IMG/VR virus record: IMGVR_UViG_3300005758_000046
Coordinates: 1 to 59,506 of that record
Reading direction: 5' to 3' (one strand)
Length of the DNA: 59,506 nt
DNA from: a virus
Taxonomy: Duplodnaviria > Caudoviricetes
A program made the translations under genes and the position numbers. The notes beneath the pieces are model-generated. The model saw only the letters and a list, made by a program, of their open reading frames with translations. It made no database searches and had not been told where the DNA came from. Positions 29,455 through 38,900 of the stretch are shown in pieces. Position 1 is the first letter of the stretch. Each line of letters starts with the position of its first letter.

Positions 29455-32178
29455 ATGTCCGAAATAAATACTGCCCAAATTAACGAAGAATTAGCCAAAT
29501 TGTCCGAAGCATTGCGTTCCGCTAGCGGTGGAATGTATCAGTCATTAGCAGAAGTTGAAAAAGAAGATTTAAAGACTCAGCGTAAAAAAAATGCACAGGA
29601 TTTTGTTGAAGCATTAAAACAAACATCCAAACAATTGGGTTCAGCCGGAGTGCAGTTTGTGCAAACTATGCATAGTTCTCAACAAGGTATGCACAAGTAT
29701 GCTGGAAGTATAACAGCCGCCGGATCAGCTATTTCAGACTTTGCTGGAAAATTTGGAATCTTAGGTAAAATTGTGGGCGGTGTTGCTACTGTTTTTACTA
29801 AACTTTTTACATCAGCACTAAAACAAAATGATGAGTTAATTAGTAGTTTTAATGAATTAAGCAGTTTAGGTTCATTAACTTCAGGGGGTATTCAAGAATT
29901 AAACAAGCAACTACTTTCTATTGGATTAACCTCTGAAACTGCTGCAACTTTTGCAAAAGTAATAAGCAGAGTAAATTCTGAATTAGCGGTGTTTGGTGTA
30001 GGTGCAAGCGAGGGTAGAAAAAAGTTAGTAGGAATTACCGAACCATTTTTTGCTTTAGGTAGCAAGTATGAATTTGAATTAGCTAGATTGGGTTATTCTA
30101 CCGATGAGATGCGTGAAGGTGTAGCATCTTACATATCAAGCCAAATAAAAATGGATCATGCACAAAAAAGATCCACTAGTGATTTAGCAAAAGAAGCACA
30201 AAAATATATGGTTACTCTAAAACAATTACAAGAGTTAACTGGGTTGAGTGCAGATGAACAACAAAAGGCAATTGAACAAGCGCAAGCAGATGCTAGGTTC
30301 AATATGATGTTGAGCACAATGGACAGAGAAGAGGCTGAAAATTTAAAACTATTAATGCCTATCTTGCGAGAATTTGGTCCTACAATTACTAAAGGTGTTC
30401 AAGAATTTTTATATAGCGGTGGGTCTATTGTTAGCGATGAAGTAGCAACAGTGTTTAGATCATTTCCTAACATTGGACAAGAATTGCTAAACGTTCAGAG
30501 AACCGGTGCAGAGGGAATAGCCAAATTTACTAAAAACTTTTCTTCCAGTATGATGGAAGTATTTGGTCCTAATGGCCCATTATACAGTAGTATAATGGTT
30601 AGTACCGATGCGTTTGACACACTAACCGGTGGGCATCAAGCAATGAATACGGCGATGAAGTTCAATCAAATGTCGTTGAAACAAGCAGTCGATGCCACTA
30701 AAAAGGCTAACGATCTTAAGGGTAAAGAAAACAAAGAAGTAGATGAAGCAGTAAAAGCAAGACAAAAAGAAAGATCATTAATTCAATCTTATCAAACTAT
30801 GCTACAAAAAGTTTCGGGATTTTTTGTTGCCATTATGGAAAAGGTTCAAACGGTGATGTTTCATTTTGGTAAGTTTCTAGCAACTATGATAGAAAAGTTT
30901 GGTCCAAAAATTGGCATTGATATTAAGCCCGGTGAATTAACTAATTTTTTTAAAACTCCGGAAGAATTATCAAAAGATTTAGCTGCACAAATGGAAAAAA
31001 CTTCCGCAATACAACAAAAAATAGATGCTAGACAGAGAGAACTTGAAGGCATAAAATCAGGAACTATAACAGGTGATACTTATAAAAAGTTAGCCAATGA
31101 AGCTAAAAAAGATATTCAAAAATTACAGGATGAAGCAATAATTTTTGCAGACAATCCATTGTATGATTTTGAAAAGGCACAAAAACAGCTAAAAGAATTA
31201 AAAAATGCTGAAAAAACCTATGCCGACTTGTCTAAGCAATCGTCAGAACAACAGTATGCCAGCAGAAAAGAAGCATTAGAACGAGAAATTAAATTATTAG
31301 AAGAACAAAAAAAGCAAGAAAAAGAAATAAGCGATATAGTAAACCAAAGAGTTTCACTTACCGACACTAAACGACTAGCTCCCAATGTTCAATACAGTAC
31401 TACCAGCATTGGCACAAGAGCCCCTGAAGAAGTGATTGCAAGTAGACAGTCTGCACAAAAAGAACTAGCAACATTAGGTGCAGGTAGAGAAAGTACAATA
31501 CTCAAGTCGTTGAACTTAAAATCACCCGAAAGTATAGCCGGCGGAAAAGCAGAGCCGCAAACTTTAGCAATGGCTGAAAAGATACAAAATAAATTTGCTG
31601 AATTGGGCAAAACGGTTAAATTTACTGCGTTAAATGATGCATTCCATAAACAGCAATATCCTAACAGCAAGCATACTATAGGCAAGGCGTTAGACTTTGC
31701 AATAAGTCCTGCTCCCGCTAATATAGAAGAAGCTAAAGTATATAAAGAAATATTAAAAGATTTAGGTGCTTACAAAGTATTGGATGAATATTTTGAAGAC
31801 AAAAATGAAAAAACTACGGCAGGTCATTTTCACGTAGAAGTAGCTAAATTTGGTGGTAAATTTTCAGGCCCCGAAATGGGCTATCCGGTTATGCTTCATG
31901 GAAAAGAAAGTGTTTGGCCTGAAAAAGAATTATCATCATTGTTAAATGAAGTCAAAAAATCTAGTCTAACACAATACAAAGAAGAGTTATTGGCGGAAGT
32001 AAAAAATCAAAATACTACGACACCAATGGTATCTGGGATAACCAATAATCAATCTTCTTTGAGTGATATGATAGGTAGATCATTTGATGATTTTGGTAGA
32101 AAGTTAGATGTAGTAATAGGTGTATTGGAAAGAACGCACAATGTTCAAGACGAATTATTAACATACACCAAAGCTTAA
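29455..32178 (+). CDS. Tail tape measure protein with C-terminal Zn-peptidase (M15-like) domain
   Basis: Long helical Ala/Gln/Lys-rich ORF next to the tail chaperone; SKHTIGKALDF..GHFHVE peptidase motif; GGKFSGP..GYPVMLHGKE tail motif. Confidence 0.7.
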   Translation: MSEINTAQINEELAKLSEALRSASGGMYQSLAEVEKEDLKTQRKKNAQDFVEALKQTSKQLGSAGVQFVQTMHSSQQGMHKYAGSITAAGSAISDFAGKFGILGKIVGGVATVFTKLFTSALKQNDELISSFNELSSLGSLTSGGIQELNKQLLSIGLTSETAATFAKVISRVNSELAVFGVGASEGRKKLVGITEPFFALGSKYEFELARLGYSTDEMREGVASYISSQIKMDHAQKRSTSDLAKEAQKYMVTLKQLQELTGLSADEQQKAIEQAQADARFNMMLSTMDREEAENLKLLMPILREFGPTITKGVQEFLYSGGSIVSDEVATVFRSFPNIGQELLNVQRTGAEGIAKFTKNFSSSMMEVFGPNGPLYSSIMVSTDAFDTLTGGHQAMNTAMKFNQMSLKQAVDATKKANDLKGKENKEVDEAVKARQKERSLIQSYQTMLQKVSGFFVAIMEKVQTVMFHFGKFLATMIEKFGPKIGIDIKPGELTNFFKTPEELSKDLAAQMEKTSAIQQKIDARQRELEGIKSGTITGDTYKKLANEAKKDIQKLQDEAIIFADNPLYDFEKAQKQLKELKNAEKTYADLSKQSSEQQYASRKEALEREIKLLEEQKKQEKEISDIVNQRVSLTDTKRLAPNVQYSTTSIGTRAPEEVIASRQSAQKELATLGAGRESTILKSLNLKSPESIAGGKAEPQTLAMAEKIQNKFAELGKTVKFTALNDAFHKQQYPNSKHTIGKALDFAISPAPANIEEAKVYKEILKDLGAYKVLDEYFEDKNEKTTAGHFHVEVAKFGGKFSGPEMGYPVMLHGKESVWPEKELSSLLNEVKKSSLTQYKEELLAEVKNQNTTTPMVSGITNNQSSLSDMIGRSFDDFGRKLDVVIGVLERTHNVQDELLTYTKA

Positions 32179-32194
32179 TTGATAAATATAAATC

Positions 32195-33964
32195 ATGTCA
32201 TATAAAAAACGTTTTTCTAATCTTACCGGTCAACTAAGCCCAATATCAGGGGGGAATAGCAACGGAGGCGCCTGGAATAGTGCAGGCTACAATCAAGGTC
32301 CAACCGGTGGATGGAATAATACCGAATTTGGGTATAAAAATTATCAAAGCAGATTGCCGGAAGTATACACTGGCCACCCCAATAGGATAGAGCGTTACAA
32401 TCAATACGAAATGATGGATGTTGATGCTGAAATTAATGCATGTTTAGACATCATTGCAGAATTTAGCACTCAAAAAAATTTACAAAACAATACACCATTT
32501 GAAATAGAATTTCATGAAGATCCCACACCGCATGAAGTAGAATTAATTAAAAAACAATTACAGCAATGGTGTAAATTGAACGAGTTTGATACTCGGGTTT
32601 TTAAAATTTTTAGAAATACAATAAAGTACGGAGATCAAGTCTTTATAAGAGATCCTGAAAATTTTAAGCTTTATTGGGTAGACATGACTAAAGTTAGTAA
32701 GGTCATTGTAAATGAAAGTGAAGGTAAGTTACCTGAACAATATGTAATTAAGGACATAAATCCAAATTTACAGAATTTAAGTATAGCAGAAAAAACTACT
32801 ACAGATTTTCAAGCACAACCACCAACCGCAGGCTATTCAGCACCGTATAGCTATACTGTACCAAATGAACCATATGGAACAACTGGTAGCAGATTTAGTT
32901 TAGGTTTAAATGAAGCTGCGATTGATGCTAAACATATTGTGCATTTAAGTTTGACCGAAGGCCTAGATAGATATTGGCCTTTTGGTCAAAGTATCTTAGA
33001 AAATGTTTTTAAAGTATATAAACAAAAAGAATTACTAGAAGATGCTATTCTTATCTATCGAATAAGCAGAGCACCTGAACGTAGAGTATTTAAGATTGAT
33101 GTTGGTAATATGCCAAGTCATATGGCTATGGCTTTTATCGAAAGAATTAAAAACGAAATACACCAAAGAAGAATACCCAGTATTCAAGGTGGCCAATCAG
33201 TATTAGATGCCACATACAACCCGTTAAGTATTAACGAAGACTATTTCTTTCCGGTAACCGAAGGAGGTAGAGGAAGCGATGTTACTACTTTGCAAGGCGG
33301 GCAAAATTTAGGTGAAATTGATGATTTGCGATATTTTAATAATAGATTGGCTAGGGGATTAAGAGTACCTAGCAGCTACTTACCAACCGGTCCTGATGAT
33401 AATACAACCCCTTTAAGTGACGGTAGGGTAGGTACTGCAATGATTCAAGAGTATAGATTTAACGAATATTGCAAAAGATTACAAAATTACATAAGTCAAA
33501 AGCTCAACGATGAATTTAAATTATTCATGCGTTGGAGAGGTCTTAATATTGATAGCGCACTTTTTGATATCAAATTTGGCGCTCCTCAAAATTTTGCAGC
33601 GTACAGACAAAGTGAACTAGACTCTGCTAGGGTTACTGTATTTCAAACTATGGAAGCTTTTCCTTATATTAGTAAGCGTTTTGCTATGCAACGCTTTTTA
33701 GGTTTGAGCGAGGAAGAAATTGCAGAAAATAGCAAACTGTGGTTTGAAGAAAGAGAAAAACCTGATGAGTTCGAGCCTGCCGGCGCCGATCTAAGAAGCA
33801 TTGGTATTAGTGCGGGTGATATAGAAACGGATAGTGAAGCGGCAGAAAATATTCCTAATGAAGGAACACCTGAACAAATGCCGCCTGAAATAGGCCCGGC
33901 CGTTGCTGGACCCGAAGCAGCGCCTCCGGCGGGTCAAACTCCGGCGCCCCCTCCCGTGGCATAA
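32195..33964 (+). CDS. gp20: Portal protein gp20
   Basis: LLEDAILIYRISRAPERRVFKIDVGNMP, EDYFFP..GRGSDVTTL.GGQNLGEIDDLRYF..L..GLRVPSS. Confidence 0.95.
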   Translation: MSYKKRFSNLTGQLSPISGGNSNGGAWNSAGYNQGPTGGWNNTEFGYKNYQSRLPEVYTGHPNRIERYNQYEMMDVDAEINACLDIIAEFSTQKNLQNNTPFEIEFHEDPTPHEVELIKKQLQQWCKLNEFDTRVFKIFRNTIKYGDQVFIRDPENFKLYWVDMTKVSKVIVNESEGKLPEQYVIKDINPNLQNLSIAEKTTTDFQAQPPTAGYSAPYSYTVPNEPYGTTGSRFSLGLNEAAIDAKHIVHLSLTEGLDRYWPFGQSILENVFKVYKQKELLEDAILIYRISRAPERRVFKIDVGNMPSHMAMAFIERIKNEIHQRRIPSIQGGQSVLDATYNPLSINEDYFFPVTEGGRGSDVTTLQGGQNLGEIDDLRYFNNRLARGLRVPSSYLPTGPDDNTTPLSDGRVGTAMIQEYRFNEYCKRLQNYISQKLNDEFKLFMRWRGLNIDSALFDIKFGAPQNFAAYRQSELDSARVTVFQTMEAFPYISKRFAMQRFLGLSEEEIAENSKLWFEEREKPDEFEPAGADLRSIGISAGDIETDSEAAENIPNEGTPEQMPPEIGPAVAGPEAAPPAGQTPAPPPVA

Positions 33965-33979
33965 TAGATAAATAATATT

Positions 33980-34204
33980 ATGAATCTACACGAAATGTAC
34001 AGCGCACCAGTTCAAGGATACCAAGATCCCAAAGATGATCAAAGTAAGTATAAATGGACTGAAACAAGAAAAACAAAGCTTACGTTAAGACAACTACGTA
34101 AGTTAAGAAAAATGCTGGATGTACGAAATTACGAACAAGCAAAAAATTTAAAAAAAATTCGTAAACAATATACTCCCCCTTCAACAGAAACGCCCGGAAT
34201 TTAA
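33980..34204 (+). CDS. Small basic head-module hypothetical protein
   Basis: 74-aa ORF with its own late promoter (GATAAATA 33967-33974), between portal and core genes. Confidence 0.6.
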   Translation: MNLHEMYSAPVQGYQDPKDDQSKYKWTETRKTKLTLRQLRKLRKMLDVRNYEQAKNLKKIRKQYTPPSTETPGI

Positions 34205-34307
34205 TAATTTACCACCAAAAGTGCAAAAAAATAGCACTTATTGCAGCATTTTCCCGTCTTTGGTGTAAATATAATACAAAGCCATTTTTTATCAGGAGAA
34301 AAAAACA

Positions 34308-35162
34308 ATGGATAACAAAAAATTTGAACAACTTATTGATTTAATAATCAATGAGGATGAAGATAAAGCTCGTGCCTTATTTCACGATATCGTAGTAGAA
34401 AAAAGTCGTGAAATTTATGAATCCATGATGATGGATGAAGAAATGGTCGATAGCCCAGTAGAAGGTTTATTGGATGAAATTTCTGCGGAAGAAGAAGGTA
34501 TGACAGAAGCAGAAGACGAAATGGTCGATATCGAAGTTGATGACGATATGGGCGCCGAAGATGAAATCGAAATGGATTCCGATGAAATGGATTCTGACGA
34601 AGAAGGTGATCTAGAAGATCGCGTCGTTGATCTAGAAGACAAATTAGATGAACTAATGGCAGAATTCGAAGAATTAATGAATAAAGACGAAGACATGTCA
34701 GACGAAGAATCTGAAGAAGATTCTGACGAAGAAGACATGATGGAAGCAAAGCATGACGAAGACGATGAAGAAATGTCAGAGTCAAAGCATGGTGAAGATG
34801 ACGAAGAAGAAACTTTAGAAGAAGCTATTCAACTACAAAAAGTTTCAGTTACCCATGGGGACAACGGTCAGTATACAAAAAGCCCAGTAAGCAATGGTCC
34901 TAAAGTTTCCGGAAACGGTGCTAGTGCAGCAAATATTGCTAAAGGCGGAGATGCAGGAAAGGGCGGAACACAAGGTGGTCTATTAAATCCAGCTACTAAA
35001 GATTTGCCTCACGCAGGTAAGTTTAAGAATGCACCTGGTGCAGGAAAGTTTAGTGAAACAGGCGAAGCAGCACCTAAACCAAAACACGGTGACGATGGTG
35101 TAAATGCGAAAAGTCCAGTTGCAGAATCTAAAAAAGCAACTAAAAAAATTATCAAGAAGTAA
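34308..35162 (+). CDS. Acidic prohead core protein (gp67-like position)
   Basis: Strong RBS AGGAG; very D/E-rich; upstream of the protease; late box TGTAAATA at 34264. Confidence 0.6.
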   Translation: MDNKKFEQLIDLIINEDEDKARALFHDIVVEKSREIYESMMMDEEMVDSPVEGLLDEISAEEEGMTEAEDEMVDIEVDDDMGAEDEIEMDSDEMDSDEEGDLEDRVVDLEDKLDELMAEFEELMNKDEDMSDEESEEDSDEEDMMEAKHDEDDEEMSESKHGEDDEEETLEEAIQLQKVSVTHGDNGQYTKSPVSNGPKVSGNGASAANIAKGGDAGKGGTQGGLLNPATKDLPHAGKFKNAPGAGKFSETGEAAPKPKHGDDGVNAKSPVAESKKATKKIIKK

Positions 35163-35181
35163 AATAGGAACCTGAGAATAA

Positions 35182-35817
35182 ATGGCTTTATATCTCACAT
35201 CGCAGGAAGAACGCTTGAGTGCTACCACTCAAGCGTATCTGTACAAATGGACTCACGTACCTAGTCAAAAATGGTACGTGGGATCACGTACCGCGGCAGG
35301 ATGCCATATTAATGACGGATATATTTGTTCTAGTAAGACAGTAAAACCGATGATTGTAGAAAATGCATCTGAATGGCATAGAGATATTTTGTGTATCGCT
35401 GACCCATCTTATATTTTAGAATTAGAATTTAAATATTTAAGTAATTTGGATGCAAAGAATGACCCAATGTGTTTTAATAGACACAACGGCGATGGCAAAT
35501 TTACATCGACTGGTAAAACAGTTTCAAAAGAAACTAAAACAAAAATGAGCAAATCTAGAACTGGTGTTAAAAAAACAGAAGATCATAAATTAGCACTTAG
35601 TTTGGCTCACAAAAATGCAGAATACTTATTAACAAGAGAACCAAAGTTTGGGGAAGAAGCTCCTAGGTTCGTTGGGTATTATGTTGCGCCAAATGGTGAA
35701 AAATTTTCGTCAGCCTACAATGCAGGTGATGCAATCGGAGTATCTGCGCCGACTATACGCAAATGGTCTAAGAATAATTTAAATGGTTGGAAATTTCAAC
35801 CTAAGGTAAAAGTATAA
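35182..35817 (+). mobile_element. Free-standing GIY-YIG-like (Seg-type) homing endonuclease with NUMOD3-like motif
   Basis: AYLYKW..WYVGSRT..Y.CSS (GIY-YIG variant); SKETKTKMSKS and KTEDHKLALS NUMOD3-like segments; inserted at the start of the protease gene. Confidence 0.75.
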
Positions 35818-36452
35818 TGGCACTCTATTTAAAAGAGAATCTAACTTTCGACCGCGCACAAATGGTGGTCGAAAGTGAAGGTGAGGGAAATAAAAAGAAC
35901 CTTTACATGAAGGGCATTTTTATTCAAGGCGGGGTCAAAAACGCAAATGAGCGCATTTATCCGGTTAATGAAATAGAAAAAGCTGTTGTAACTCTAAACG
36001 AACAAATCAGTGATGGTCTTTCAGTATTGGGGGAAGTCGATCACCCGGATGATTTAAAAATCAATTTAGACCGAGTAAGTCACATGATAACAAATATGTG
36101 GATGGACGGAGCTAATGGTTTTGGAAAGTTAAAAATTCTTCCGACTCCTATGGGTCAGCTAGTGCAAACTATGCTAGAAAGTGGAGTCAAACTAGGTGTT
36201 AGTAGCAGAGGAAGCGGAAACGTTGATGATGCTACCGGTAAGGTTAGTGACTTTGAAATAGTCACTGTGGATATTGTCGCACAGCCTAGTGCCCCAAATG
36301 CTTATCCTAAAGCTATCTATGAAGGCATGATGAACATGCGTCATGGTCATCGATTATTGGGTATAGCAAAGGACGCACAAAACGACAAAAAAGTACAGAG
36401 ATATCTAAAGGACGAAGTAGTTCGTCTTATTAAGGATCTCAAGTTAAGATAA
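35817..36452 (+). CDS. gp21: Prohead core protease gp21
   Basis: GIFIQGGVKNANERIYP, GEVDHP, LDRVSH, ILPTPMG, LGVSSRGSG, DIVAQPSAPNA. Confidence 0.93.
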   Translation: MALYLKENLTFDRAQMVVESEGEGNKKNLYMKGIFIQGGVKNANERIYPVNEIEKAVVTLNEQISDGLSVLGEVDHPDDLKINLDRVSHMITNMWMDGANGFGKLKILPTPMGQLVQTMLESGVKLGVSSRGSGNVDDATGKVSDFEIVTVDIVAQPSAPNAYPKAIYEGMMNMRHGHRLLGIAKDAQNDKKVQRYLKDEVVRLIKDLKLR

Positions 36453-36464
36453 GGGGAAGTAAGC

Positions 36465-37568
36465 ATGTTTGATGCTATAAAGCCATTACTTGAAAGCGGA
36501 ATCATCAATGAAGAAACCAGCCAAGCTATTAATGAGGCATGGGAATCTAAGTTGAATGAAGCGCGTGAGCAAGTACGTGCAGAATTACGTGACGAGTTTG
36601 CACAACGTTACGAGCACGATAAAAATATAATGGTCGACGCCCTAGACAAAATGGTAACAGAAAGTTTGTCAGCAGAAATAGAAGAATTTAATGCTGAACG
36701 ACAAGCAATGAACGAAGACCGAGTTAAAGCGAAGCAAAAACTACATGAAAATGCAGTCAAGTTCAATAATTTTATGGTAGAAAAACTATCAGAAGAAATT
36801 AAAGAACTACGTGCTGAGCGTAAACTACAGCTTGAAAGTCAAGCTAAGCTAGAACAATTTATTGTTCATGCATTAGCTCGTGAAATTAAAGAATTTGCAC
36901 AAGACAAACAAGCAGTAGTAGAAGCAAAGGTTAAGTTAGTTGCTGAAGGACGTAAACAACTTGAAGCACTAAAACAAAAATTTGTTACAGAAAGTGCAAA
37001 GAGATTGAACGTCGCTGTTGCATCTCAGTTAAAGGGTGAAATTAGTCAATTAAAAGAAGATATCAAAATTGCACGTGAAAATGATTTTGGTAGAAAAATC
37101 TTCGAATCTTTTGCAAGTGAATACAGTGGCACTTATTTAAATGATAAGGCTGAAACACGCAAGCTACTAGCACAAATGCAAGAAAAAGAAATTCAATTGG
37201 CTGAAGCCATTAGCAAAGTAAATGAAGCTAAGAAATTAGTGGAATCAAAAGAACGTGAAGTTCGTATTATTAAAGAAAATAACCAACGTCAGAAGGTTAT
37301 GGATGAGTTGCTATCTACATTAAATGAAGAAAAGGCAACAGTAATGCGTGACTTACTAGAAAGCGTCCAAACACCTCGTCTACAGGCCGCTTTCGATAAG
37401 TATCTCCCAAGTGTTTTAAATGCAATTTCTGAAAAGAAAGAGGCCAAAAAGCCAGTTCTAACCGAAAGCATAAAAGAAATTACTGGGGATAAGACTGCCG
37501 TGACACAAAAAGTTGAGAGCGAAGAGCGTGATAACGTTATTGAGCTTAGACGTTTGGCAGGGCTTTAA
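36465..37568 (+). CDS. gp22: Prohead scaffolding/core protein gp22-like
   Basis: Coiled-coil E/K-rich protein between protease and major capsid gene. Confidence 0.75.
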   Translation: MFDAIKPLLESGIINEETSQAINEAWESKLNEAREQVRAELRDEFAQRYEHDKNIMVDALDKMVTESLSAEIEEFNAERQAMNEDRVKAKQKLHENAVKFNNFMVEKLSEEIKELRAERKLQLESQAKLEQFIVHALAREIKEFAQDKQAVVEAKVKLVAEGRKQLEALKQKFVTESAKRLNVAVASQLKGEISQLKEDIKIARENDFGRKIFESFASEYSGTYLNDKAETRKLLAQMQEKEIQLAEAISKVNEAKKLVESKEREVRIIKENNQRQKVMDELLSTLNEEKATVMRDLLESVQTPRLQAAFDKYLPSVLNAISEKKEAKKPVLTESIKEITGDKTAVTQKVESEERDNVIELRRLAGL

Positions 37569-37601
37569 TACAAAAGACATAAAATTTTAGGAGAAATATA
37601 A

Positions 37602-38798
37602 ATGTCACAAGTTCTATTAGAAAGCCGTTGGGACGAGACCAAAGAAGCCCTACTTGAAGGTCTTAAAGGTACTCGCCGCTCAACAATGGGTGTAATTTTA
37701 GAAAACACCCGCAAACAGTTACTTTCAGAAAGTACTGCAGGTACAACAACTGCCGGTAATATCGCAACACTAAATCGCGTTATTCTACCAGTCATTCGTC
37801 GTGTTATGCCAACCGTTATTGCTAACGAATTAGTTGGTGTTCAACCAATGACAGGACCAGTTGGTCAAATTCACACACTACGTGTTCGTTATGCACAGTC
37901 ACTAACTGACAACAGTGCAGCACAAACAAGCGTAACAGCAGGTGAAGAAGCACTAAGCCCATTCAAGATTGCTCAGGCTTATTCTCGTACAGCGCAGTCA
38001 GTAGGAACTACATCTAGCTACACAGCAGCAGATACTGCTAGTCTAGAAGGTAACGGCGGTAAGCAGATTTCCGTACAAATCTTACGTCAGGCGGTTGAAG
38101 CTAAGTCACGTAAACTACAAGCTCGTTGGACATTTGAAGCAGCACAAGATGCTCAATCACAGCATGGTATCGATGTTGAAGCAGAAATTATGGCTGCATT
38201 GGCACAAGAAATTACTGCTGAAATTGATCAAGAAATTCTATTAAGCCTATCAACATTGGCTTCAACAGAGTTTACATACAACCAAGCTACTGTTTCAGGT
38301 ACTGCTACATTCGTCGGTGACGAACACGCTGCACTAGCGGTTCTAATTAACCGTGTTGCAAACTTGATCGCTCAACGTACTCGTCGTGGTGCCGGTAACT
38401 GGGCTGTTGTTTCTCCAGCTGCACTAACTGTTCTACAGTCAGCAACAACTTCAGCTTTTGCACGTACAACTGAAGGTACATTCGAAGCTCCAACCAATAC
38501 TAAGTTTGTTGGTACACTAAATGGTGCAATGCGTATTTTCGTTAATACCTATGCTCCTGATACACAACCAGTTCTAGTTGGTTACAAAGGTACAAGTGAG
38601 ACCGATGCAGCAGCATTCTACTGCCCATACATTCCATTAATGAGCAGCGGTGTTGTTCTAGACCCATCAACATTCGAACCAGTCGTGAGCTTCATGACTC
38701 GTTACGGATATATCGAATTAACGAACACTGCAAGTTCGTTTGGTAACGCGGCTGACTATTTAGGCGAAATCGCAGTCAGCAACTTGACATTCCAGTAA
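37602..38798 (+). CDS. gp23: Major capsid protein gp23
   Basis: RRVMPTVIANELVGVQPMTGPVG, VEAKSRKLQARWTFEAAQD, AAFYCPYIPL, TRYG. Confidence 0.96.
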   Translation: MSQVLLESRWDETKEALLEGLKGTRRSTMGVILENTRKQLLSESTAGTTTAGNIATLNRVILPVIRRVMPTVIANELVGVQPMTGPVGQIHTLRVRYAQSLTDNSAAQTSVTAGEEALSPFKIAQAYSRTAQSVGTTSSYTAADTASLEGNGGKQISVQILRQAVEAKSRKLQARWTFEAAQDAQSQHGIDVEAEIMAALAQEITAEIDQEILLSLSTLASTEFTYNQATVSGTATFVGDEHAALAVLINRVANLIAQRTRRGAGNWAVVSPAALTVLQSATTSAFARTTEGTFEAPTNTKFVGTLNGAMRIFVNTYAPDTQPVLVGYKGTSETDAAAFYCPYIPLMSSGVVLDPSTFEPVVSFMTRYGYIELTNTASSFGNAADYLGEIAVSNLTFQ

Positions 38799-38821
38799 AA
38801 TATTATTTTACCAATGTAAAG

Positions 38822-38847
38822 AGAAAGGGCACTTAAGTGCCCTTTCT
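38822..38847. terminator. Intrinsic terminator after the major capsid gene (perfect palindrome)
   Basis: AGAAAGGGCAC-TTAA-GTGCCCTTTCT followed by a T-rich tail. Confidence 0.75.
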
Positions 38848-38874
38848 TATTGTATAACCTAGAATAAATGATAG

Positions 38875-38882
38875 TATAAATA
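38875..38882 (+). promoter_or_regulatory. Late promoter for the endonuclease gene
   Basis: Exact TATAAATA 18 nt upstream of ATG 38901. Confidence 0.6.
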
Positions 38883-38900
38883 CATTACAGGATCAAATGT

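Noticed and set aside
29392-29498. Overlapping 5' extensions of the gp26-like and tape measure ORFs as called by the track
   Set aside because: Better starts exist at 29402 (-, with GGAG) and 29455 (+), leaving an intergenic gap with two late promoters
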